This document shows, piece after piece, positions 1-12,949 of a stretch of DNA of 64,000 bases. A program made the position numbers and the translations under genes. The stretch spans positions 14,322,001 through 14,386,000 of the forward strand of contig OZ024750.1 of the NCBI GenBank assembly GCA_964016885.1, in the 5' to 3' direction. Numbering within the stretch: the stretch's first letter is position 1; each line of letters begins with the position of its first letter. The notes under the pieces are model-generated. The model did no database searches and was not told where the DNA came from. It worked only from the letters and a program-made list of their open reading frames with translations. This DNA is from Eledone cirrhosa. Its lineage: Eukaryota.

Positions 1-250
1 ACTAAGCTCCATATGAAAATGAGACTAATCAGCAAAAAACTATGTTTTCAGCTTATTTGAATTCCAGTAAGAGGTAAGGAAGGGGATATGTGACCTTGAC
101 AATTGCCAAACAGCTAGAAACAGCACTGTCTATTGCTTCCTCTTGCTCTGCTGGAACAAGGTAGAAATGTCAGTCATCACCTTTAAAATTCATAGCTAAA
201 GGCTTATTATATATCAAATGTTTATTCATAAAAATATTCCATACACAACC

Positions 251-282
<32 letters not shown>

Positions 283-1147
283 CGTTTGTATACAGCTATG
301 TTGGAGCAAATATCCTATTTCTAATATATATATATACATACATGCACACACACACACACACATACATATATATACAAAAATAACTTTGATAGGTTTCGAC
401 CAATGTTAGCCCAGGCCGTGTCTAACTTAACAGAGCACCACTTGGCGAAGTCTTTCAAATCATGATTCATAACGCAGTCATGATTCGGACACCAGAACCC
501 ACTCAAATAGAGAGTTATTGTTTTCATAGATATATCTGGATGTAGAGAGTTTATCCAGAATTTCCTGGAGGAATTTCTCCAAAGACATTTTGAATTTTAT
601 GGGATCTAGCTCTATGCTAGAAAAATATGGACTCTATAGTGACAGTCCCTAAATATTTTTGATACAGCCTGCCTTAGAAAAATCCTCAGCATCAAGTGGC
701 AGAAGAGGATTCTAGACTTTGAAATAGGTCCTTAGTAAACCTTCCCAGCAGGAACACCACACTGCTGTAATTTTAGCTGTTTTTGATTGGACATTGGCTT
801 CTGAGAAAATTATTCAAGGTGAAAGCAACCTCAGAGAAGTCAGAAAATATCAAATGAACAACACACTTAAGAGAGATTTGTGATTGTTTTTCATAATACC
901 AAACATTACACAGACTGGCCCAAATAGCTGTGTGTATGTATGGACCCATAACTCTTGATGGAATTATAGGCATGCCATAGTGATATAGTGTTTTGGGTAT
1001 TTTTAAAACCTGGCAAAGCCCATGACCTCTCCAGGTATGAACATAGCTGATTTCTTCCAGTGAAGGAGAGAGTGAGAAAGAGTGATAGAGAGGTGGTAAG
1101 AAAGAGATAATAGAAGAAGAATCGACTTCCATACTGGTCTAAAAGTT

Positions 1148-1428
1148 TAAAGTCTATCACGAGTCCAGGGTCTTATCCGGTCAGTACTTATGCCAGCTTC
1201 CATGGCATGAAGCGAATGAGAGTACATGACTTCCACCTTGACATGATGCCAGTCCATTGCAAAGTTAAACACACAGCTATTACTGGTACTCATTTTCAGC
1301 CAAGTATACTGGAGCAACGTGAAATGAAGTGTTTTACTCAAGAACACTATGCACAAACCAGTCCAGGAATCAAACCCACAACATTCTGATCCTAAGTCCA
1401 ACACCCTAACCACTAGCCCACATGTCTC
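1148..1428 (-). mobile_element. tRNA-derived SINE family B (other copies near 3990-4110, 30390-30590, 32510-32620, 33735-33970, 47190-47400)
   Basis: tRNA-like head with A box (GGCTAGTGG) and B-box-like GGTTTGATTCC, shared body GTGTTCTTGAGTAAAACACTTCATTTCACGTTGCTCCAG; dispersed copies. Confidence 0.75.
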
Positions 1429-1820
1429 CAGTACTGGACTGGTACATTTTTATAGAGCTCAGAAGGATAAAAGGTAACGTTGACTTTGGAGGGTTTTGTA
1501 TACAGAATGGTCTTCCAACTCGTCTACATACACCTGGTTTTCAGAAATACCTCTTTTGAAAGTTTGATCAAATTACAATAACACTGTGTACTGTAGTAAA
1601 TTAGAATTAAAATGTTTATACAAATTTTTCTTTTCCTGAAGTGTGTCTCCATTTTATTGGCAGACTCTGTATACATATATAAAGCAAATTATATTAAATA
1701 TGGCTTGAGATTTTAGCTGAATTGCATCTTCAAACTATATTGTAGGCACATTATTGTAGGATAGAACATACATACGTTACTTTAGTTTAAATTGAGACAT
1801 TATAGACAGATGACACATGT

Positions 1821-1821
<1 letters not shown>

Positions 1822-1890
<69 letters not shown>
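1822..1890. repeat. (GA)n microsatellite
   Basis: Pure GA run of about 68 bp. Confidence 0.95.
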
Positions 1891-1893
<3 letters not shown>

Positions 1894-2339
1894 TGTGCAC
1901 GCACGTGTGTGTATCTGAGTGTGCATGCATGTATTCAGACCTGAATTTTAATGTCTAATTTTTTTTTTCTCATGTTAAATGAAGGAGCACCGAGAAATTT
2001 TAGTTTTTCTATTTCTAGTGAACAGAATTGGCGATGACAAAAAAAAAAAAAATAATGGTCTGATATTTTTGTTAAGAGGTATATTTAGAAAGTTATAAAG
2101 CATGCACAATTCCAAGAAGGACAAAGAAACGGGAGAGGGTAACAAAGTAATGACAATATGTAATAACATACCTATTACTGGAAAAGTTATAGAGAACCCC
2201 AAGACTCTTTGATCTGGAGGAAGAATGGTGACATTTTGGAGACATACATATATTACATTGTAAACATAACATTAACACCACCATCAGAAGCATGTTGCTT
2301 TGGAGAATACATACATACATACACCTATACACACACACG

Positions 2340-2394
<55 letters not shown>

Positions 2395-3547
2395 GTACAT
2401 ACACACATACGAACATACAAGTATACATACATATGCAGTGTATTTTGTAATTTGTGATTTATCTTTTCTTTTTCTTCTTCCTAACTTTTTATTGATTTCC
2501 TTCTTTAGCAAATCAATAAAACTGTTCAAAAGAAACATTGAACAGCGATAGATGTTTTAAGTAAGCTTTTATTTAAAATATCGGATGGTTTTCATATTCT
2601 TTTTAAGGTCAGAATATAAAAATATTTCATTTTTTTCTTATACTTTGGTAAGGTCATATTACCAATAAAAACACACGCACCAGTTGAGTTTCACTTCAAT
2701 TTATTATTAGTTGGGTAACTAATTCATTCATTTGTTAGTTTAGTAACCGGCTGGTTGTTTAATTGTCAAAGCTCTTTTATCACACACCCTGCAGCCTTTT
2801 CTTGCCTCTCTGTCTCCTCTTTGTTCTCATCATCTACTATTCACTCCATCTTTTTTTCTTATTTACGAATTAATAGTTTTTAATTTTAAACAGCTTTTGG
2901 CAAAACTACATTACTTACCTTTAAAAATTGATTTTTATTACACACACACGCAAACACTAACAATTTATTAAAAAAAGTATTTTTATTAATTAATTCTACC
3001 ATTAATACAATAAAAAAAAGAATGCTTTAAAATAATTTACTGCTATAGATATTGTTAGTTAACATTAATCACAGTTTTGTTTATAATATATACCTAAATA
3101 AAGAAATAATTATATACCTTAATTTATATTAAAATTATTACTAAAAATAATTTGAAGTTTAACCTAAGTCATATGACCAAATTCAATTAATTTTTTACAA
3201 TTTGTATGATGTTTAGACTAATACATCTCGAATGTATCTTTGTTCCATCTTTAATCTGCATTTGTGACATCTATTAAAAATATTTTTTTTTATCATTTCA
3301 GTTTTTCTATTAGCAAAGAAAGTAAGGGACAATAATATTTCAAATTTGGATATTTGCATATTGTTGAAGTTTGGAACTTGGTTCCCTTTCAATAACTTAG
3401 CCACTCAACCACTATGTAGCACAAGAATACAACATCACACAAAACAGAGATAAAAATGAAAACCATTTTGATGACGCCAGTAATATTTTGAACAGTCAAT
3501 AGTTGCTTTTTTTATACTAGATAATATCTAACTTGTATAAGTTAAAA

Positions 3548-3739
3548 TACAGTGAAATTCCATTATAACGAAATTCATGGGGTATAAAAAAAATTTGTTG
3601 TAACGAAAAATTCTTTATAACGAGATTGACCAAAACAAGTCAAGCGTTTGTTTGTTATTACCTTGATGATTGAAAAGAAATTTCATTACACTGAAAAATT
3701 TGTTATAATGGTATTCGTTATAATGGAAATTTATCTGTA
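3548..3739. mobile_element. Tigger/pogo-type MITE (second copy inverted at about 12995-13173)
   Basis: TA|CAGTGAAATTCCATTATAACGAA...TTCGTTATAATGGAAATTTATCTG|TA terminal inverted repeats. Confidence 0.75.
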
Positions 3740-4889
3740 TTGAGAAAATTTCCTTTAAAATGGTTATGGGAATAGTTTTGAAAACAAAAAAAAAAGTATT
3801 CTTAAAGTTATTTTGTCACGTGTAAAGAATACCTTCACCATCGTTTTTACATATGTTTTTCCATGCTTACACTGGCTGGCTGAAGGTCAGAGATTACCCT
3901 GGTATTATATGGCATTAAGTGACTAAGAGTATATGATATGTCTCTGGATAGAACATCAGTATGTTGTAGGGTTAACACCCAGCTGGTGGTGGTCCTCATT
4001 TTCAGTTGAGTTAATTGGAGCAATGTGAAATGAAGTCTTTACTCAAGGACACAAATCCACAACTGTATGATCATGAGTCCATCACCCTAACCACTAGGCC
4101 ATGCACTTTCAATAATGGAAAGATAAAAGAATTAAAAAAAAAAAACGAAAAATGGAGGATAGTTTGGTATAGATTAAAATATGAATAGGTAGAAATTAAT
4201 TTTGATTTTATATTTTATAAAATGTAAGAATTAAGGTTGTCAAGGTTTGCTTCTTTTCAAACCTTCTTTGGGATCTCTTTGTGCGTCTATCCACTGCTTC
4301 CCAGGACAGGTCGCAGGCTCATCAGCGGTTTTTACAGCATGAAATGGAGACTGTAATATAGTTTTTGAACAGGCTCCTCTACCTAAGGCATGAATGCGCT
4401 CCTGTTAACCCATGCGTTATCTCACCATATTGCTGTTTTAGTGGTATTATTCTGAGTTCAAATCCCGCCGAGGTTAATTTTGCCTTTCATCCTTACAGGG
4501 TCGATAAAATAAAGTACCAGTAATACACTGGGTAATTGCTGGACTTGTGCCAAAAGTAGAAACAATTATTTGTTCCAATCACCAATCTGGTACTTTCTCA
4601 AACCCATGAAGACTAGACTTTTTTAGAGGTGGCCTTTACTTGCCTCATCATAGCTACATCACTGGGTTGTGAGAGTTTTCTTGGGAGCTGTAGGTGTCAC
4701 CCAGTGCTCCATCTCACCTAGTAGTTTACTGCTGTTGGTCCAGGGTTGCTTATTCATCTGGCAATTACCCACTTATATCGCAACTAACCATCATATCTTG
4801 TGGCCATATCGCTATCTGCCACCTGTGACCAGTTCTCTAGCACAACAGCTCTGCCAAGAAGGTAGGTGTAAAAACCAAACACACTATCT

Positions 4890-5340
4890 CCAATTCTGTA
4901 TTCATGTCAACTACGGTCATGAATCTTGGGTAATGAGCAAAAGAATTTGATCACAAATACAAGCAACCAAAATGGAGTTTTCTCAAAAGGAACTTTGGAG
5001 TAACGTTACTTGGCAGAGTGTGTAACTCGGAGATCAGAGAGTCACTCCATGTAGAGCTGCTACTTCTCTGAATTGAGAGATCACAGCTCCGATACTATAG
5101 GTATGTAGTTAGAATATCTCAGGAAAGAATCACTGCACAGATTTTACAAGCAAAACCATCCAGGGGTAGACCCCGAGCAAGAGGATTGGATAACATCCAT
5201 GCGCTCTGCTGGTCTCACTTAGGGATCCAGCTGGATCAGTTGGAAATGGTTGCTTCCGACAGGACCCGCTGGAAGGAGTATGAGGACTCTGCCCCTACGA
5301 CCCTTTCAGGAATAAGTGGGTGAAGAAAAAGAAGTAAGAA
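4890..5340 (+). mobile_element. Decayed RTE-clade LINE 3' end (related tails near 28800-29070, 44960-45160, 46590-46820, 47030-47120)
   Basis: Broken translation YGHESWVM...IERSQLRY...RGRPRAR...[16 protein letters not shown], with a (GAA)-rich tail. Confidence 0.7.
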
Positions 5341-5419
5341 TTAATGAGTAAATGATAAAGTTCAGGCATGAAATATTCATGCAAAGCCGAAGAAAGAGTA
5401 TATTATGTGTGTGACTAAT

Positions 5420-5459
<40 letters not shown>

Positions 5460-5489
5460 ATACATTATATATATATGTATGTATATACA

Positions 5490-5663
5490 CAGGGTAGTCC
5501 GAAAGTCTTATCATCCCCAACCAAAAAGAAAATTATATTATTATTATTATATATTATTATTATTATATATTATAATTAATGATATTATATATTATATTAT
5601 TAAAACAAAAAAAATGAAAGTTAAAACAAAATGTAGGGGTGACAAGACTTTTGGACAACCCAG
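5490..5663. mobile_element. Tc1/mariner-type MITE
   Basis: TIRs CAGGGTAGTCCGAAAGTCTTATCA.CCCC / GGGGTGACAAGACTTTTGGACAACCCAG around an AT-rich core. Confidence 0.65.
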
Positions 5664-5831
5664 TATATAAAAATAAAATAAGAATTTTATTTCTCGCTCT
5701 AGCACAGTTAATACATAAACGTAAGTATGCATACATACACGCATATATACATATCTGTAATTTTAAATATTCTTGTCTCACTTACACTGCATATATTGTC
5801 CTTAACATTAGAACTTAATATTAAGAGCTTT

Positions 5832-6060
5832 GATACAATATGTCACCATTCTACTGTTCTTTGATATGATATACCATTATTCTACTATTCTTTAATACAA
5901 TATACCATTATTCTACTATTCTTTGGTACCACCATTCTACTGTACCTTGATACAATATACCATTATTCTACTATTCTTTGGTACAATATACCACCATTCT
6001 ACTGTACCTTGATACAATATACCATTATTCTACTGCTTTTTGATACAATATGGCCATTCT
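5832..6060. repeat. About 31-bp minisatellite, about 7 degenerate copies
   Basis: Unit gatacaatataccattattctactattcttt. Confidence 0.85.
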
Positions 6061-6249
6061 ATATTCGACTTTATTCCAGCTATTATGTTAGTCTATTACT
6101 ATACAGCATACAGTTTAACACATTCCACTTCAATAACCGCTTGATCATCACACTTTATTAAATTAAATTAAAAAACATTTGGCCCAGCCTTATTTGCTCT
6201 TTACTAGGAAAGTCTGTGCCTTCTTCTTTGACACAATCTGCTACTGGTG

Positions 6250-7505
6250 CCATGATGAAGTTCCTCCTCCATCTCCCGCTGTCCAGCATTGCCCTTTGAA
6301 TTTCCCTTGCCTCCAGCCTAATGTCAACTTCAAGAACATTTTTCAGCATGGTGGTTGATCTCCCAACTCATCTACATACATCTAGTTTTAAAAAAAACAA
6401 CTCTGCCAGCAGGTTCATTGTGACGCTTCACATGTCTGGCTAATGTAAGCCTGCTATGCCTTATGATGTCAGAAAAGTGAAGGTGTGAACTGTAGAGGGA
6501 TTCATTTGCTATATGTTCTTCAGGATATGGTCTGGACCTTACTCAGCATTCGCATGAATGTGCCATTAATCCTGTTTGAGAGTTTTTTTTGGTAATGTTC
6601 ATGAATCACATCCGTAGAGGAGAATGAACTCAACCATTGCTTTGAATAGCTTCATTTTCGTGGTTTTCTTAATAGGAGACAACCACACCTTTGATAGGGA
6701 ATTGACCCCTTTCTTTCCTCCCCATGCCTTGCCTATCCTGGCATCGATGTTGTGTTCTGTGTTCATAAAACTGCCAAGGTATAAGAAGTCGTCCACTTCC
6801 TCAATCTCTGAACCATCTAGCGCATGCATTTATTTATTTGATGTTGCATCGAGAGGCATGAATTTTGTTTTGTCAGCTTTAAAGAAGAGTCCAATGGACT
6901 GCGCTGCAGCCTCCATCTCTGCATGGCATGTCCTCAGCTTCTTTACAGGTATTTTCCAGGAGAGCTATATTATCTGCAAGAACCGTTTCAGATAGATCTT
7001 CCTCCAGATGTGGAGTACTTTGTTGACTTTTCAATATTATTCCGTCTGATATGGCATTATGCAGTGCATAACCAAGGCGTAACACAAAAAAGAAAGTAGT
7101 CAGAAGATCTCCCTGGAGAACTCCAGTGTCAATGGAGAATAGGTCTGAGTTTCCCTCGGCGTCATCACATATGCTGAAATATTCTCATACATGACTTTAA
7201 ATGTATTCACAATCTGATGGGGTATCCCCATAAGCAAAAATAATTTTGAACATCTTTTGGTTAATCAAATCAAAAGCCTTCTCGAAATCTATGAATACAA
7301 TTGCCGCCTCCTTCTTGTGATTCCGTACCTCCTCAACAATCTTTCTTAGAGCCAAAATATGTGAGGCAGTAGAGCGAATTGGCCAAAATCCATTTTGGCT
7401 GGAAGGTAAAATGTTGCCGATGCAGTCTGATCCTATTCAGGATCAACCTATTGTAAGTTTTTGCAGCAATTTGTATAGGACTGCTGCCTCTATAGTTGGT
7501 GTAGA
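6250..7505 (-). mobile_element. 5'-truncated, decayed RTE-like non-LTR retrotransposon (RT and C-terminus)
   Basis: NYRG...AAKTYNRLILNRIR, ILALRKIVEE, FIDFEKAFD, GVLQGD, LADNIALL, EEVDDFLYLGS, ILLYGCDS; multiple frameshifts. Confidence 0.88.
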
Positions 7506-9517
7506 TGTATAGGACTGCTGCCTCTATAGTTGGTGTAGATGTATAGGACTGCTGCCTCTATAGTTGGTGTAGATGTATAGGACTGCTGCCTCTATAGTTG
7601 GTGTAAATGTATAGGACTGCTGCCTCTATAGTTGGTGTAGATGTATAGGACTGCTGCCTCTATAGTTGGTGTAGATGTATAGGACTGCTGCCTCTATAGT
7701 TGGTGTAGATGTATAGGACTGCTGCCTCTATAGTTGGTGTAAATGTATAGGACTGCTGCCTCTATAGTTGGTGTAGATGTATAGGACTGCTGCCTCTATA
7801 GTTGGTGTAGATGTATAGGACTGCTGCCTCTATAGTTGGTGTAGATGTATAGGACTGCTGCCTCTATAGTTGGTGTAGATGTATAGGACTGCTGCCTCTA
7901 TAGTTGGTGTAGATGTATAGGACTGCTGCCTCTATAGTTGGTGTAGATGTATAGGACTGCTGCCTCTATAGTTGGTGTAGATGTATAGGACTGCTGCCTC
8001 TATAGTTGGTGTAGATGTATAGGACTGCTGCCTCTATAGTTGGTGTAGATGTATAGGACTGCTGCCTCTATAGTTGGTGTAGATGTATAGGACTGCTGCC
8101 TCTATAGTTGGTGTAAATGTATAGGACTGCTGCCTCTATAGTTGGTGTAGATGTATAGGACTGCTGCCTCTATAGTTGGTGTAGATGTATAGGACTGCTG
8201 CCTCTATAGTTGGTGTAGATGTATAGGACTGCTGCCTCTATAGTTGGTGTAGATGTATAGGACTGCTGCCTCTATAGTTGGTGTAGATGTATAGGACTGC
8301 TGCCTCTATAGTTGGTGTAGATGTATAGGACTGCTGCCTCTATAGTTGGTGTAGATGTATAGGACTGCTGCCCCTATAGTTGGTGTAGATGTATAGGACT
8401 GCTGCCTCTATAGTTGGTGTAGATGTATAGGACTGCTGCCTCTATAGTTGGTGTAGATGTATAGGACTGCTGCCCCTATAGTTGGTGTAGATGTATAGGA
8501 CTGCTGCCTCTATAGTTGGTGTAGATGTATAGGACTGCTGCCTCTATAGTTGGTGTAGATGTATAGGACTGCTGCCTCTATAGTTGGTGTAGATGTATAG
8601 GACTGCTGCCCCTATAGTTGGTGTAGATGTATAGGACTGCTGCCTCTATAGTTGGTGTAGATGTATAGGACTGCTGTCTCTATAGTTGGTGTAGATGTAT
8701 AGGACTGCTGCCTCTATAGTTGGTGTAGATGTATAGGACTGCTGCCTCTATAGTTGGTGTAGATGTATAGGACTGCTGCCTCTATAGTTGGTGTAGATGT
8801 ATAGGACTGCTGCCTCTATAGTTGGTGTAGATGTATAGGACTGCTGCCTCTATAGTTGGTGTAGATGTATAGGACTGCTGCCTCTATAGTTGGTGTAGAT
8901 GTATAGGACTGCTGCCTCTATAGTTGGTGTAGATGTATAGGACTGCTGCCTCTATAGTTGGTGTAGATGTATAGGACTGCTGCCTCTATAGTTGGTGTAG
9001 ATGTATAGGACTGCTGCCCCTATAGTTGGTGTAGATGTATAGGACTGCTGCCTCTATAGTTGGTGTAGATGTATAGGACTGCTGCCTCTATAGTTGGTGT
9101 AGATGTATAGGACTGCTGCCTCTATAGTTGGTGTAGATGTATAGGACTGCTGCCTCTATAGTTGGTGTAGATGTATAGGACTGCTGCCTCTATAGTTGGT
9201 GTAGATGTATAGGACTGCTGCCTCTATAGTTGGTGTAGATGTATAGGACTGCTGCCTCTATAGTTGGTGTAGATGTATAGGACTGCTGCCTCTATAGTTG
9301 GTGTAGATGTATAGGACTGCTGCCTCTATAGTTGGTGTAGATGTATAGGACTGCTGCCCCTATAGTTGGTGTAGATGTATAGGACTGCTGCCTCTATAGT
9401 TGGTGTAGATGTATAGGACTGCTGCCTCTATAGTTGGTGTAGATGTATAGGACTGCTGCCTCTATAGTTGGTGTAGATGTATAGGACTGCTGCCTCTATA
9501 GTTGGTGTAGATGTATA
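7472..9517. repeat. 34-bp tandem array, 60 near-identical copies
   Basis: Unit tgtataggactgctgcctctatagttggtgtaga; period 34; rare single-base variants. Confidence 0.97.
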
Positions 9518-11580
9518 AACATTTTCTACTATAACAATTTTTAACCTACCTGATAAGGTTTATCCAAAACTAGTTTGTAAAATAATGATAGGAACGATCA
9601 TGAAACAAATTTATACACTTCCCAGATATATTACTATTTGTAGGTAATAGTTTGTTACCTGGGTATGTAATTAGTGTGGTTGTAGTGAATAGTGAATGCA
9701 CAATATCTCTGGTAGAGAAAGGGTGAAATAAGTTTAACGAGGCATTTGCTGTTAACAAATGATTTTTCTGTTAATGGGAAGGGCAGACTGTATGAAACAT
9801 GAATAAGAATTCTAACAAGGAATATGAACATATGATGATGATGTTAGTGAAATATAGGTATTGATTGTGGGAGAGCTGCAGACATATAAGTGAAGTGAGA
9901 TGAGCATAATCTAATGATACTAACCTGCACAACAAGGAAAGCTGAGAAAATGGTTGAAGATTAAAGACATTAGCCGAAGTATTTAAGAAAGATGACTGCT
10001 AGATAAAGAGTACACAAGCAAATGGATTGAAGAAGACATAGAAAGAAGGAAGTGATGAAGTCAGATCTCAGGACACTGAGTCTCATAAAAAAGCATGATG
10101 AATGACTAAAATTATTAATAATACACTGTGTATAACAGATCTGTCCAATGTATGCCAGCATGGAAAAAACAAATGTTAAAAACGTAACAATGGTATAATT
10201 TACAACATAGCTTATATATTTCACTTGCTTTTTTTAATTTTAAATTGTCTGCAAAAATACCACACTAGTGTGAAAGAAATAATTAATTTTATTTACTTTC
10301 AAGAAGTAACAAGCCACAACAAATACAAACACTAAACAAAGCAGTCTGTATATTTTAAAATTTCTATTATTACACTTCAGTTTGACCCATGAAACTGAAA
10401 TTGTTTTACAATTTTATAAACAATATACAGTAAAAGAATAAAAATTGAAATAGTTGGATTTTTTCCATAAAACATACAGAGATCATGTATTCTTTGTAAT
10501 GAATGGGTTTAAAGAAATACCTGAGACACTATTGCGAAAAAAAAAAATGTTTTTAATAATAATAATTCAAATTTGAAACTGTCAATAAAATGTTTTGTTT
10601 TTTTTTATCTATCATCTTAAGATTTTCAGAAACCAGTGAGTTAATATGAAGTAATATACAGTATAAAAATAAAATGGAAGGGTTCACATGGAGATGAATA
10701 TAGAGAATAAAAGAGCTTCTGAAAGTAAATAGACATTGCCACACACCTAACAACATATAACTCTAACCCTTTAGTTCTCAACCCGGCCAAAACCAGCTCT
10801 GGTTCTATGAAATAAAACCACCCATTTTAAAGGTTTCCAATTGAAATTTAAATCTTCCAACATAATTTTATATAAGAACCTTACATTAAGTTACTATCTT
10901 ATTAATGAAATAACAATTTTAGAAAATCCCTCGAAATCCTTCATTAATTAATTAAAATAAAGTGTATTTCATTAGAAATATGGTCATGAAAAGGTGAAAG
11001 AAATTTTCCAATTTATAAATAATTGATTTTTCTGAGTAAAATGACTTGGGCATTGGAGATAAGAATCAACCTAATATATGACGAGAACATATTTTACTGA
11101 TGATTCTGGAAGGATAAAAAATAACACAGCTGAGTTTAGAAGCAGAAGGGGGCGACAAATCAAACACTAAAAAGTGTTTACTTTGTCTGTTTGACTATTT
11201 GAGCTGTTATTTGTATAAACCTGTCATAAATTGTTAAAAGCTTGTTTGTTTAGCGATGCCAGATACTAAAGGCGGAAGGACATTTCATGATATCAAGCAA
11301 TCTAAATACAGATAGGGGAACAATAAAATGATGAGTAAATAGAAGTAATAAAAATAATAATAATTGTTTCTACTTTAGGCACAAGGCCAGCAATTTTGGG
11401 GGCAGGGGAAAGTCGATTAAATCGACCCCAGTGCATAACTGGTACTTTATTTTATTGACACCGTAAGGATAAACGGCAAAGCTAACCTAGACAGGATTTG
11501 AAATCGGAACCTAAAGAGCCGTAACTCTATGCCACTCAGTATGTTGTTCGATGCTCTACAGATTCTGCCAATCGACCAAT

Positions 11581-11770
11581 AATAATTGTTTCTACTTTTG
11601 GCACAAGGCCAGCAATTATCCCAGTGCATTACTGGTACTTTATTTTATCGACCCCCGTAAGGATGAAAGGCAAAGATAACCTCGGCGGGATTTGAACTCA
11701 GAACGTAAAGAGCCGTAACTCTATGGCACTAAGCATGTTAGACGCTCTACCGATTCTGTCAATCCACCAA
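11581..11770 (-). mobile_element. tRNA-derived SINE family A (about 28 full or partial copies in the window)
   Basis: Sense sequence has an A box (TGGCAGTATCGG), B box (GAGTTCAAATCC), body GCCTTTCATCCTTACGGGGTCGATAAAATAAAGTACCAG and an (ATT)n tail. Confidence 0.82.
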
Positions 11771-11832
11771 TAATAGTACCAGCAGAATAGAAAGATTCCT
11801 GAAAGACAGGAATTACAATAAATGTAACGTTG

Positions 11833-11944
11833 CTCTAAAAGTCTGCCTTACTGCAGACAGCAAGACTTATCAGGTGGATCCATGTACTCTAAAAGTCTGC
11901 CTTACTGCAGACAGCAAGACTTATCAGGTGGATCCATGTACTCT
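11833..11944. repeat. 54-bp direct tandem duplication
   Basis: ctctaaaagtctgccttactgcagacagcaagacttatcaggtggatccatgta twice. Confidence 0.9.
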
Positions 11945-12314
11945 AAGAAAATTATTTGGGACCTGAACTTAAGGACAAATATTCCAGTTTATTTGTGCAA
12001 AACAACAACAACAATGTTTCTATTTTTGGCACAAGGCCTGCAATTGATTAAAATTTGATTAAATCTACCCCCAGTGCATTACTGGTACTTTATTTTATCG
12101 ACCCCGTAAGGATGAAAGGTAAAGTTAACCTCGGAGATATTTGAACTTAGAACGATAATAAAAATAATAATGGTTTTTAATTAAGGCAGAAGGCTAGAGA
12201 TTCAGGGAGAAGGGAGGTCCATCATATCAACCTCAGTACTTGAGTAGCACTTTATTGTATCAAACCTGGAAGGATCAAAGGGTAATTTGACATGGCTGAA
12301 TTTGAACTCAGATC

Positions 12315-12359
<45 letters not shown>

Positions 12360-12361
<2 letters not shown>

Positions 12362-12505
12362 TGCATTTCCCAGCATCGAAGATGCTACTTTTTCCCTAAA
12401 GTCTCAAAAATCTACCATGTGTCCTGGAGGCTGAAGGTTGTTTTTTATTTTTTTTCAAATTTTTGGTTGTCAAGGACGAAGCATCTTCAGTGTTGGGAAA
12501 TACGG
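12360..12505. mobile_element. Small TIR element (Tc1/pogo-like MITE) inserted in (TA)n
   Basis: CTGCATTTCCCAGCATCGAAGATGC ... GCATCTTCAGTGTTGGGAAATACGG inverted ends. Confidence 0.65.
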
Positions 12506-12886
12506 TATATATATATATATATATATATATAGTAAAAGACTGATGAATTTTTTTTACTTTGTTTTGTTTCACTTGCCATTTGTATTTTGTACCATATTGT
12601 ACAGGCTTTAAAAAAAAAAAATGATTGGTCTTTTATTTCATATCTCAATGCTTTGTATTAACTACAGAATCCTAGAAAATCTTTAAAAAAGATCATACAG
12701 TAATGAATGAAATTAAATTGGAAAATAGAAATAAATGAGTATACCAAAACAAAGCCAAATTAAAAAAACAAAGCCAAAGAGATATCAAACTAGGAATCTC
12801 AAGCTAAAGAATCTTAGATTTGCAGACTGACATTATAGTAGAGGGAAAGGAAAATAGTAGTAAAAGAAAAATGAATTTAAACTTAC

Positions 12887-12949
12887 CTGGAATCTTCCGG
12901 TAATTCAGTATCTTGCAAGCTTTCATTACTTGCACACGGTATTTGTTGA
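12887..12949 (-). CDS. MAP3K15: ASK exon 27 ([20 protein letters not shown])
   Basis: ttttctgtag acceptor, CAG|GTAAGT donor; phase 2 to 2; low-complexity linker. Confidence 0.68.

Noticed and set aside
7472-9517. CRISPR-like array (34-bp repeat length)
   Set aside because: Units are head-to-tail with no unique spacers, the context is eukaryotic and there are no cas genes.
11581-11770. tRNA genes suggested by A/B boxes
   Set aside because: No cloverleaf; the boxes are heads of multi-copy SINEs.
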